A stretch of 64,000 nt of DNA from Macrostomum hystrix (Eukaryota; Animalia; Platyhelminthes): the NCBI GenBank assembly GCA_950097015.1, contig CATNEN010000039.1, positions 17,980,001-18,044,000 of the forward strand. The letters run 5' to 3'. Under the pieces are notes generated by a model. The model saw only the letters and a program-made list of their open reading frames with translations. It had not been told where the DNA came from and did no database searches. This document shows positions 25,401-33,889 of the stretch, in pieces. Each line of letters opens with the position of its first letter. The stretch's first letter is position 1. A program made the translations under genes and the position numbers.

Positions 25401-26131
25401 GCATTGTGTTCAATTGACACACTTTCTACAAAATCAGGGTTCTCCAGTGGCGCCGGAGGGTGCATATCTTTTATTAGTTCGATTAATGATTCAGTAGAAA
25501 AATTCGACTCTTGTGTAGCCTGAGTCTGCTGATCTGCGATCCGTTCCAAATTCTTTGGGGAATCAGGCAAGTCTTGCATGTCTTTAAGAAATCTGTGCGA
25601 CTGAGACTGATCATTCGTTTCAAGCCGTTGGTGATCTTGAGATACTTGCTCAGCATCATCAGGCTGCAATGCTTCACCAGCGTCATCATCAGGCGAGAGA
25701 GCATCGGCATCAACCGTCGATGACACACTATCGTCGTCGGCTTTCGGGGACAGTTTTTCTTGAACGATGTTAAGTGCAACTGGTTCGTTAAACTGCGATG
25801 TCTCTGAATCGCTAGAATCCCGACTATTTGATGATTCGTCAGCAGCCTCTACAGAGCATCGCTTAATAGAAGCGCTACAGCTGGATTGTGGCACATTTAA
25901 AGTCGGTGACGGAGCACCAATGATATGGTTATCAGATTCAACTGTCAAGCAGACTTCAGACACCATCTGACAGACGCGGTTAATAACTTCTCTAACAACA
26001 GCCTCGGTTCCGTTGATATCATCACCTTCTTTATCTTTAATAATGGCTGGGTCATAATTTTCGCAACCAGCCACCGAATCTGCGCCTAATTGCTTAGTGT
26101 GCTTCTCATCAGGAGCGGCTAAGTTCGACAT
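16454..26131 (-). CDS. 3225-aa largely disordered protein encoded by a single 9.7-kb coding exon; probably nuclear; no recognised globular domain
   Basis: Uninterrupted ORF. Upstream splice acceptor (tttcgcag, ~26209) and a small non-coding exon (~26320-26368) precede the ATG. AT-rich 3' UTR-like sequence lies below 16454. Contains a short leucine-zipper-like coiled coil (DELAALKRRLEQLEAENKMLKQSI), basic NLS-like clusters and S/T/A/Q/H/P tracts. Confidence 0.9.
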   Translation of the reverse strand: MSNLAAPDEKHTKQLGADSVAGCENYDPAIIKDKEGDDINGTEAVVREVINRVCQMVSEVCLTVESDNHIIGAPSPTLNVPQSSCSASIKRCSVEAADESSNSRDSSDSETSQFNEPVALNIVQEKLSPKADDDSVSSTVDADALSPDDDAGEALQPDDAEQVSQDHQRLETNDQSQSHRFLKDMQDLPDSPKNLERIADQQTQATQESNFSTESLIELIKDMHPPAPLENPDFVESVSIEHNAPTPITGSIEEKVDQSVAVEQLRIDKSNDQVEPVLEVKQTFASDKRDSTKPHTSRNMDSSPAQNLIVSGNSEEIQRSEIASENRLAIKEQHISPVAVAVEVQNYRIDASQESVCKEDQDGSSQHLTSTQKTKLSPTFSGQSRYSDLNLELQANRSGDTDNESNKFHFEQLPTAVSIVEDYCSSDSNSPDLTIEQHDVTDFVKKQSEHEPQHCEEDSSQISGELQTEQQHNQKAAAAAQSSENDHHQIEIDFQKSPETSESDADIQEATLTLDDLPDNETNKAEPTDLSDIDTVNNIQLPSESANKSHFKTDANLGDEGLIETRDSQTIVAEAPEKSLSFPVASIVKYEAVSSGAYSLVQNRTESDNTFSAVSQLLSDLCLKVASSMEATASDSEEENEDLMSELQGAKHVSGAAAEGEADDDYMSELCGDGQLAKAVQSPMDTETDLMKELSGGGNQLTNVITLSEDSGDEDDTESKLVLCTSTTLGQSGSADIEAEVTSLVEAGAEVVSGSVSLPSTSTPALLQIKSAAPVAASIASTTADALANIKAMAALASGSSSDELAALKRRLEQLEAENKMLKQSIQPASTDSVTTAPAAPTLTSNAVVSTSATSGTAGSGMQHPQADSSGSPQSFSSYDSSSQNYIPAGGFLKSLSEIEEAGGACADATVSTPSTTPQQQQQTTLDSGIASVVTAAAAVPASTIATAAIQGPVCSISGGASTAAGSIPATITPSGQIQFILPPGVLPSSFAGLTAVPTVQPSLSSTVPLSVTAATAVATTTATTSTAKLTTPLKSAPTPSKLSQSASASSSASTPSNRRIRTIAPKPIAMRPILPSPKTDMSTKLPPIQLSSKNASATSASTTSGKKSKTSTAASKKPTQPVTASSTAMHAAMPAGMPMAMQLPSGALAAVSQSKSLPVVVGTPIGMCASMGSLLAGAGISMPVNHSSGTAVWAAAPPGATFATTWAQTAPTAVVFSTGQPLSAGSLEGTALPSHDLLAIACQEAGLSLDLDLGSTVMISTSQDSGTPMIEGVGCEQQSATVTDLGGLVDAQQGSSFLHELGLIQPPQEDGVIEQQTPAEVSHSAESVIHCPPLQQQQLSQDPTGQQQQQQQQQCWNTTTFDDFNAALNDFNSDAVTTTSAPTQPSPASKTTHGASRTPTKSATTKNSDASTCGAASAASASSQLSVSTESNATPLKMTAPAVSPAKKSHHKAKTTPPIPSASGSSSTNQPAVSVSATSVEVPNVSSGKQQSAQAHKSKSKKKSSALQQTSIPEKRGGTSKKTTPAKDREAKATSSAAKQQSEIGDDTELFKEIIPLKSAVHKLSENDEIEEAVKGIVGFSSLEDTISGVLKAGEAADAATPAKAVDVGELSRLTSPTKCSSDQRPAVTTPTSQAPPPPSSSSISQPTLQQLAELAAAGDSCPVVSIPESAGLPFGDISCLATAEVSDPVSQLASTDTFIKKSSAIPPCVSESKEEDWLSSKKKLLQGKKTTTSAARQDPSAATSTSSGSQNKRRSTDATPPGPSSKDKLAPDDKPHKSTKGTSSESRTKELVKRKEKSSLHEPAKKSNPLPSLGTETNDSKSKEAATAKLDKPKASSRSALYRSKLSTSEKSAAPETLSSTRSESSERKQKQDKESSSKNNASEFGPEPAVKELVKVSGKSKSIEDLKPIATSSKSKSSSKKMKKKKGSKLSPSKPVKVFDEPTKESTHFSSLRRSERSRSVNKLKRDDSRESRRPQSSVSTSEVASVGGGSNSSKSIRTSRRIAEKSVEKRRHSGSRSRSAQAGRLSDVDTDSSEDDSNESEAADTEKQVVVKSNVLKKTATSTASLSSGSNSPTKISGGSKLANSGVSRQDSDQLLYEHHPMHGEPVTSREKRLSARRARLCELELHEAVEASKVTANAALVGSSAGKNIKTSPDKATTDNAKRDAKGDKDTKESPDTASSRTKDAKQQQQQPPPLPELKPGDEIAAALEDVSGVGEGIGLLEASGSGLRGIGDAANFLWNRAVLGGSGSGSGGESLAEQSHHRRQAPLIEERSPSPPPQPSLALEIIAKGGINRSKPPPSPQLQLQQPPQQFEQQLHLQPQLPSPLLLSSPLASRIQSSPQLPPPQPPPPPPPPPAPPKPAFVPMNLSKLERREASKSKESSGPVATPTTPTPTTSSSCVSSGSPIKRKFFSSDREDRRRFLFKQNFGSVGAKTGSGAAGSGSAAGGSTRGQFDFEPDAGGKRARRNQSEAAAAAALLDLSTQKIVPPLSISVATAEVPAAPEVPKVPKISIKPLKPDAAAMELQQPQEDLTTPPTSALSGSSDPQIPIKLKLKLSNQLQQQQLQQQMQQQQQQQQSCLEAEGKLTVQTPRVEVSQQPQQFRQQKLLECGSPRPMGYDDDYAQILKQKNKKREKRQHHRDKQQRKKDRKDKKRKAKTDQHLRQQQPVSSSPGAACQQQQQVSDSSEPLIGPFKSAEAQSVKQPVEFPSRVHPFLAQSSADLDQSPEDSPHPVAAEDSVGENSADMMHRLMAKAGGSMPISSQEVDAVLERAAEAKAAATAAAAATSSSSMILPKKRKIYQPGSVGGAGSADDFTAAASFDQQQQHQQLSSSASVASSGTKRRHLDNAGSLNELALPQAPVPLTLPPPPAPMPLTTLPLPPAPQSLTHQQHHKKKDDFHHIQSSVYQHHLSQQQPQQQLQPAHHHHQHHPATPGSVGAGGLSSPWGGSSGYGGHSDPSPYGGVAVSVGDSSATSAVAAPAAAAAPIPPPPPAVPAPPTFNPYEAAAAAAANTYGNQFLSQYDPYGLNFVYQRAQQYSQYSSDYFGWQANHHAAVAAYGHHFPPVFPPAAAAAAAATGEAYHTAQQHHQHHHSTAAVSSASLAGASTASAASDLTVGNKRSAHYQQHQQHQHHHQQPAHQHQQQQQQHQHHQPAGPTEHSQHHHHHHAAAAAAAAAATNAYRPADFYSQTSQLLSNFYPPAFDPRRAAASHHLNPFGGNPFP

Positions 26132-28310
26132 GATTCGAACTTAAAACTTAACTGATAGTCAAGCTGGCACACATTCGTTTTTAGGTGCAGTCCAGTCGCA
26201 TTTGCTGCCTGCGAAATTACGCCAAAATTGGCCAAATATACAAAAAAATAAATACTTTAGAACCAGACTATCCAGTCAATATTTGTTTTGGCCCAATGCA
26301 GACAATAGAGGACGCCTCACGCTTAAACAATGGTAGCAACACTAAGTGCTGTTGACAATGTGTCACTCTGAAATGAAAAACAAAATTTTATTAAAAATCA
26401 TGGAATGCTTAGAAAAATTATTTCTTTAATAGGAACATCATATTATTTGCATTAGCTGAGAACAGATTTTGCTAAATCCTATTAGAAATTGCCTTTGGGA
26501 TACAACACAATAGGCATAGACTTGCCTAAATCTTTGGTGGTCAGCTAGACTGAGAATTTCTTATGAAAACAGATTGTGTAAAAGTTGCTTAAACATGAAT
26601 TTAAAAATTCTTGAATTTCATTTAGTTAGGCTTGCTTTATATAGGAATAATACCAACTGTTATAAAATAATAAATGCTATTTCTGTGTAAACTAGTTATT
26701 AGAAAAAAGTTACTAAAGCCATTTAGAAATTCTATTTACATACACATTGTGGGGTGGGTTTTCTCCAGTCCCAACCTGTTCAAGGCTAAAGATACAGGAT
26801 ATCAAAGACAAATACAAGTACAATCAGTCGGAACATTTATTCAGACTCCAGATATGGTGCCGGGGATTCAAGCTCTATATGTGTAGTATGTATAGCTTTA
26901 TACAGTTTACAGTAAAGAGCAGAGTACTATTTCTTGTTATGTTACTATGAGTTACACATTTCTATAAATTAGTCAACCAAAATATAGTATAGGAAGCTAC
27001 GGGAGGATATAGGAAGTTACATAGAGATTTAGTGAAAGATATAGATGTGACTATAAGTAGGCTATAGAGATTGGGGAAGTTTTAAAGTTATATATGCATA
27101 TAGATATTGCTCAATTTCGGTGATAACAACAAAGCTTTAGACCAAGCTCTGGATTGTAGTTTTAATAGCTAAGACCACTCAAATTACTTATTAGCAAATA
27201 ATAGGCAAGTTATAGAATATTAAGTCTGGTAGAGATAGGCCATTTAGATGGAAATGTTTCTAAGAAATTTACTGCATAAATTTACAACTTTCAGTTTTAC
27301 TATAAGATCTATTTTTGTTATGAGTTGTCCACTAGTTAGACTAAAAATTTTTATGGATACAGGTGACTGGAAGGAAGGAAAGGCAACTTGTGGTTTCATA
27401 CCAAGTTTAAATATAATAGTCAGAAGTCATTTTTTTATAAAAAAATGGGGACAATTACTCAGAGAATTCAAGAGGGAGAAGTAGAAAATATAGCTATACA
27501 CTTGAGATCATTGGTAACACTTTTCAGAAAGCCTACACTCAGAAATGTATATATATTATAACATAATAGGCTAGAACAACTAAATACACTACTTAGACTA
27601 ACTAAATATGCTACCCAGAATAACTAAATATGATACTTAGACTTACTAAACATAAGTCTACCAAACTAAATATGCTACCAAGAAATTCTTTAAAAAATAT
27701 AAAACACATTCTTGGAGACAAATTCTAAGAAAATATTGAAATGGCTGAGACATTTTATTAAAATGCCTTTGTAACAACATTTGTAGGATATTAAACAAGA
27801 AGAACTAGACGACTTTGGTGGCATCATAAGGAAAAAAGCTTAACAAAGAAGTATGGCATACAACAACTTTAAGTGGCACTGTGAAGATAAAGTTAGAGCA
27901 TTAATTAACCCTAGAAAAACTTTAGTGTCAAAATATCCTTAAAGTAAAAATTAAAGAGTTATTCTTTACCTTTAATCTTTAAAGTTATATATGGTCATAA
28001 TGAAAGGATTTTATTAATAGCAACCTAGAAACTAATTTCCATAGAAAATTTCATAACTACACATAATGCTAAATTTTAAAATGGTCTTAACAATATTTTT
28101 AAATCTAATTTATAACAAAATTTCCTAATTTACTAGAACAATTTGACCTTTAAAAAGACACTTAATGCTACATTGCTATGGTTCTATTAGTTTACCTGTT
28201 ATAATCTTATAAAATGGGTACCAATATCAGCTGGGGTGAGCAAGGGTAGGTGTGGTATCCATTAGTCCATGTACTGAATAGCTAAGCTGTATGCTATATA
28301 TCTAACAATA

Positions 28311-28952
28311 GGGTAATGTATCATCAACCAAACAGTGTATCTTCAAAACCGAACAAGAATTTTGACTTCTTCCTTGGTCTCGTGCAAGACAGAAACAAGC
28401 TATTGTGTTTCACAGAACAACTAATTTCAAAGTTGAAGAAATTATCTACAAGCTGAGGCATCATGTGCAATGAAGCATTAAGAGGAAAGAAAGATATTGA
28501 TGTTTCAGTAGAAATTTTTATTGCAAAAGCATACTTTTTAACAACATTTTCTCAGTATGTACTTTAGATGAAGATTGTATGTGGTTGCTTGCCAATTAAA
28601 TGACCATAAATGTAGTTATTTATAGAGCATGAAAAATGCTTTCAAATTACATAATTCATGATAGTTCACTCCTTAAAATAAGATTAAACCACTCACTCAA
28701 ATTGTAAAACCAAACATCAAATTCTCTGTTTGGTTTGAAGATACATGAAAATCATTGTTCGGTTTTAGATAAAAAGCAGGAATAACTTTTTTCTATTTGA
28801 TAAAATAGCAAAAGCAGATACTTTTTAGAAAGATGTAACTGTTTTCTATAACTTGGCTTTTGATTTATCATCATATCTTAAATAGAAAATCTGTAGCTTA
28901 GGTTTGAAGTTAAAAAAATACACATTCTTGTTTGGTTGATGATACATTACCC
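28311..28952. mobile_element. ~640-bp non-autonomous TIR element (MITE), copy 1
   Basis: TIR gggtaatgtatcatcaaccaaaca ... tgtttggttgatgatacattaccc, flanked by TA on both sides. A highly similar full copy lies at 46690-47329. Confidence 0.9.
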
Positions 28953-30354
28953 TATCAAGGTCAAGGAATGTAGTCATATACTAAAATAGCTTCAAATATT
29001 TTATAATAGAGTACTTAGGATCATCCATAGTCCAGATCATGTAGTGCATGCTGGAAAATTCCGGCGTGTATTTGTTTTCAGCTAGCGTGTATGGCGTACA
29101 TTGGTATATACTTTAAGGGTTGGCATACACTTTGGCATGTAAGGTGTGCATGGCAATGGTGTAGCGTGTAATCGTACATTGCATTTAAAGAGATCAAATA
29201 TTTGTAGTATGTACTGTATGTACAATTACAAATATCAACCAATTATTAAACGGACTTTGCATGACTAAAACAATGTTCTGTTATCTGTAAAAACATTTTT
29301 AAATAAGTTTTGTAATTCGGACTATAAATACTATGTATTTATATACTATAGTATACTATAGTATGTCCCAGTTACTTGTTATAGCTAGCTTAAGGCAAGA
29401 TCAGCAAGCTGCCACTTAAATGTGATTAAAAAACTTTAATCATGGTACTTACTTATGTTACCTTATCCTCTGCATATTTTTTCAGCGGTCACAAATAATA
29501 ATACGCTAATATATGCCACAAAAATGCAGAAAATTCTTAACAATATGATTATTGATTTTACAGATAAATATTTTCAAAAAGTGAAATTTTGTTTGCTTTA
29601 AATAAAAATATCAATTTATGATAATAAATGCATATTAGGAGAGACTTAGATGTACCGAAAACGTTTATCATTTCTTACGAAACTAACGTATTGTTATTAA
29701 ACAATTTTATCTTTTGTTTTGATCAAAACAAGAAATTATAATAGAAAATTCGGTACAAATTTCAATCTTTAAAAAAACTTTGTTTGATAAATTCTAACTT
29801 TCTGAAGTTAAAATTATTATAAATTTTAAAGGCGTCATATTATTAGTTATAAATTGTTACCACCGGCAATTTTTGAAGCAAAGACTGGAACAAAATTTTT
29901 CCAAATTCACATGCATTTCTTTATAATTTACATACTGATGCTAATAACGTTTAGAAACGGTTTGAAATTGAAACTCATAACGTGCAAATAGCTCTATGTA
30001 AACTTTGCTGTACGAATGGCAGTTGTTGTTGTTGTTAAGAGGTTTGGGTCTAAGACCCGCGGGTCAGCCCTGGGAGGGGCTCTTCCGCTGTAGGTACTGT
30101 ATATTTATTGGATACGATTGACGAAAAATATTTTACACGATAAAAAAACGAATAGAAAATATTTTTTGGTATATTGAGTGCGCATGATTGGGATAAAAAA
30201 TGGGTCCTCACAAAGATTAGGACATCAGGATAAAAGAGGAAATCTAAGACAAGCGCATAGTACATATGAATTTGCAAAGCCTAGCCAACCCCTAAATTGG
30301 TTAGGGTATCGCATTTTCGCATTTGTAATTTAGCAGAAAGATTAGAGCTTAGTA

Positions 30355-30680
30355 ATTAGATTGATAGCTTTTGGCGCATCGCAAGGGGAGCAGCCTAGGT
30401 GAGTTATAGGTAGATTGAGATTGTAGTGCGTTTTTTTCGCATTGGAGGGTTACAGAAAAATTGATGGAAAAAATTTATTTGAGAGTTTGTAGCTAGATTG
30501 GTAGTCCTGGCGCATCACACACAAGGGGAGCAGCCTAGGGTTTACATTGGTAAATTGATTTGACAGATTTACATTGGTAAATTGGTTTGACAGAAGAATT
30601 GATGGAAAAAAAGCTAGATTGATAGTCCTGGCGCATCACACACAAGGGGAGCAGCCTAGGGTTTACATTGGTGAATTGGT
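30355..30680. repeat. Three imperfect direct repeats (..tagattg[ag]tag..tggcgcatc..caaggggagcagcctagg..)
   Basis: Motif recurs at ~30357, ~30493 and ~30613. Confidence 0.7.
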
Positions 30681-33600
30681 TTGGTTTGGTTTGTGTCCGC
30701 AAAAAACGACTCCGTATCGGAGGGCAAAGGGCATTGCAAATTTTTAGTAAAATAATCTAATGATCATTGAACTCTTAAAGTGATGCGAATTGGACTGGCA
30801 GGGCCTTGCAATTCTGAGCCAATACTGTCCCGTGCCCATAAACTAGCCTGAACCCTAAAAAAATGGTACTTTACCTTTCCAGTTCCGGCCCACTGTTAGG
30901 TAAACTGTCAGACACCCACCACCCCGCCTAATTTCTATAGCCTACTCTTGCCAAAAAAAAATGACCCCCCCAGCGGTTCTAAGCCTATTCAATTTCTTTC
31001 TAAATCACTTAGAGAACATCCTCCCCTGCCCTCTAAAGTGACAGTGACAACTGCCCTTTATACCAAATTATGCTTCAGCCAAATAATAAATCAACAAGCC
31101 CAAGCCCATACGCCCACCCCAATCTAGTTCAAGCTTGAAATCTTCGTAACTCAAAACTAGAAAACACTTCTCACCCCAATATCACCTACTTGCAGTAAGC
31201 TGGTAAGAAACTTGCCAAATGACCCAAAGGAATACCTGGATGGCTTAGTGTCTAGTGCCGGGACTTGTTATTTTTTTTCCCCACTTTTTTGCTTTTTTGA
31301 ATGGCAGTACATTATTAGTTTATGTATGTATAGTCGTATGCTGTTCGCTTCTGCAATTTACCGGTGACACATTTTTATTGACTAGGGCCTATAGTGGCAT
31401 CCGTAAATTTGTGTGCCTTTGACATAATCGCAGTATCTTTGCAAATTAAGGACCACAATAGTAGTTAGCCTTCACTATAGTCCTTATAAAATTTCATTTA
31501 TTAAATATCATTCTAAAATTCAGGTCAAATAGCATTTGCGTTTAAACGCATTCAGTAGGGCCTAACACGTTTTTAATTTAATTAAAACAAAAAATGTTTA
31601 GTCCTAATAAGACTTTTTTATTCTTAGGATTTGGCATAATACTTTTGAGATATTTGTTTGTTGTACTATTTTAGAATGTTTGTTTCTGTAACTAACAAAA
31701 CCGAAAAATCTGAAAATCAATTTTTTACCTTGGATGACAAAAAACGATGGATAAGATATTTTTTGCATCTAATTGCTTGCACAGTTTGCTTTTTATCTAT
31801 TTACAAACTTTTTATCTATAAATAAATATATTAAAAATCGCCGATTCTAGTTCGCAACTTTGCATTTATTTTTACACGTTTAAAAAATAGTTCGGCAGTA
31901 AATTGTGTCTTCTTTTTTTTAATTCTATAAAATCATAAATCATGTAGTCCGCAAATATTTTGTCAAGTAAAATAGTTAGGCTTAGTTTTATATTTGAACA
32001 TGTTTTATTTACTATTTTACTAGAATTGCAAATAAAACTTAATCTTCAGTTGTTACCTGGGTTTACACCTTTAAAATTGCATTGCATTTACATTTATTTT
32101 GTCATTAGGAGGATTTATAATTTTTGAGTTGCATTAAAACCTTATTGCATGCTTTAGTTGAGCACAAATTTTTTGCAACACTGTGAATACTCTAATTTAT
32201 TAAGCTTTGTGTTCACTAGATTGTTGTGTTTCTCAGAGAAATTTTTTTAACATTTTCATTTTCTATACTTCACTTTTCAAGGATAGGGGCCTAGTATTGT
32301 ACAACAGGCATACCACATTTCTATATATAAGTCATTTTATCAAGAAGGTTAACCCAAGAACAGCATTTTGTCAATAATAAAGTTTGACCATGTCATTTTG
32401 ATAAAATGACAGGTTAAATGACCAGCTCCCTTATTTCTCTATGCAAAACTGGGTATTTTCACATGTGTAACCAGTGAACCATCAGACTGTTTTGCTATGA
32501 TTTTGATAAAATATTTTGAGCTAAGCTGTCCTTGCCATGGCCAATTTATCATTTAACCTTATTGTGTAGCTATTGCTTGTCTACTTGTCTCAGTAATTGA
32601 TATATCTGACATTTTATATAGCCATATACCTTAGTCTCAAAGATGTAGTGTACGCCAGAATTCCTCCAGTGTACACCATGGCTTAGTCCAATTTGGTGTA
32701 CAGTTTCTGGCATACAAAATCTCTGAAAAAAATGTAATGGCACACAAGTCTACAAGTAACAACTGGACAACTGCAACTTTAATTGGTGTACAGTATTATA
32801 AAAGCCTAACAAAATATAACTCGTAAGATAATGTAAGACATTTTAATATTTTATATTCTCTGCTAGCAAATATATAAGTTTGTTTTGTAATAAAAAACAA
32901 AAATAAGAAAAATGTCAGCAAATAAAATGTAATGATGATTACAGAGTTTGCAGAAGTGAATTAGTTTCTTTTGTTTTACTTTTATCATGCATTTCTTTTT
33001 ATTAATAATTGCTTTGATTGAAACATATTTTTTACATATTGTACATTTACTTGGCATTCAACGGTGAAAAACATTGGCATATAACAGTTTACAGTACATT
33101 TTATTGTACTTTCTGCCTCAGGCATACACAGAGCATGATCAAGACTATAGGCCATATATTCATTTATATTTATTTCAGTCTGCTTTTGGGCATTATTAAT
33201 AATCCAAGTTTAATAGGTTTCTAAGGAATAAATATGAATGTTCTTTTTATGCTTGTGTATTGTACCAATGCAAACATATTGCTTTTCTTCTCTTTCCTCT
33301 TATATATTTATATTATTATTTTCATTTTCACATTAAAAATACTTATTGAAACAACTGTTTTGTAATAAAACTAAATTTCAGAAAAAATTTCCTATTTCCA
33401 AGAAAGATATCAGCTTTTAAAATTCAAATCACTCTACGTCAGGCTTTTATGGGGGATTTTACTTTAGTCAAAATTCTAATGCCTATTAGCCCTAATAGAT
33501 TGTTAGTATTTTAGAGTTATAAATCTCAATAAATCACTAGTTTGTTCATGCTTTATAGAGAAATTATATTTTCTTATGTGTAGCTACTTACCATGACTCA

Positions 33601-33889
33601 TAAAACTACCTCCTCATCCACAGATAGTACATAACCTTAAAGGAAGACTTTGTGAAAAAATTGTATAAAATTTCTCTAAATGCCATTTTTTAAGATTCTG
33701 TATATATTTTCATCAATTTAGTTGTCGTTTGTAGCATTAGTCAAGATAATAATGGTTGTTTAACCCACACCCTGGCTTTGGCTAAAACTGATTTGCAATA
33801 AGTATTTGCAGATGACCGAGATGTGTAAGTTAGTCGTGTTTTTTGGGAATGTTACTACATTAAGTGGTATGTTTTTTTCAGAATTTTAA

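Noticed and set aside
16591-25970. Numerous overlapping/antisense ORFs within the giant CDS
   Set aside because: Expected shadows of a GC-rich low-complexity coding exon; no independent motifs.
26400-33800. Short ORFs and possible TE remnants in the AT-rich region between the giant gene and the LRAT gene
   Set aside because: No recognisable protein motifs or paired termini apart from the listed MITE; probably 5' UTR introns/promoters with decayed repeats.
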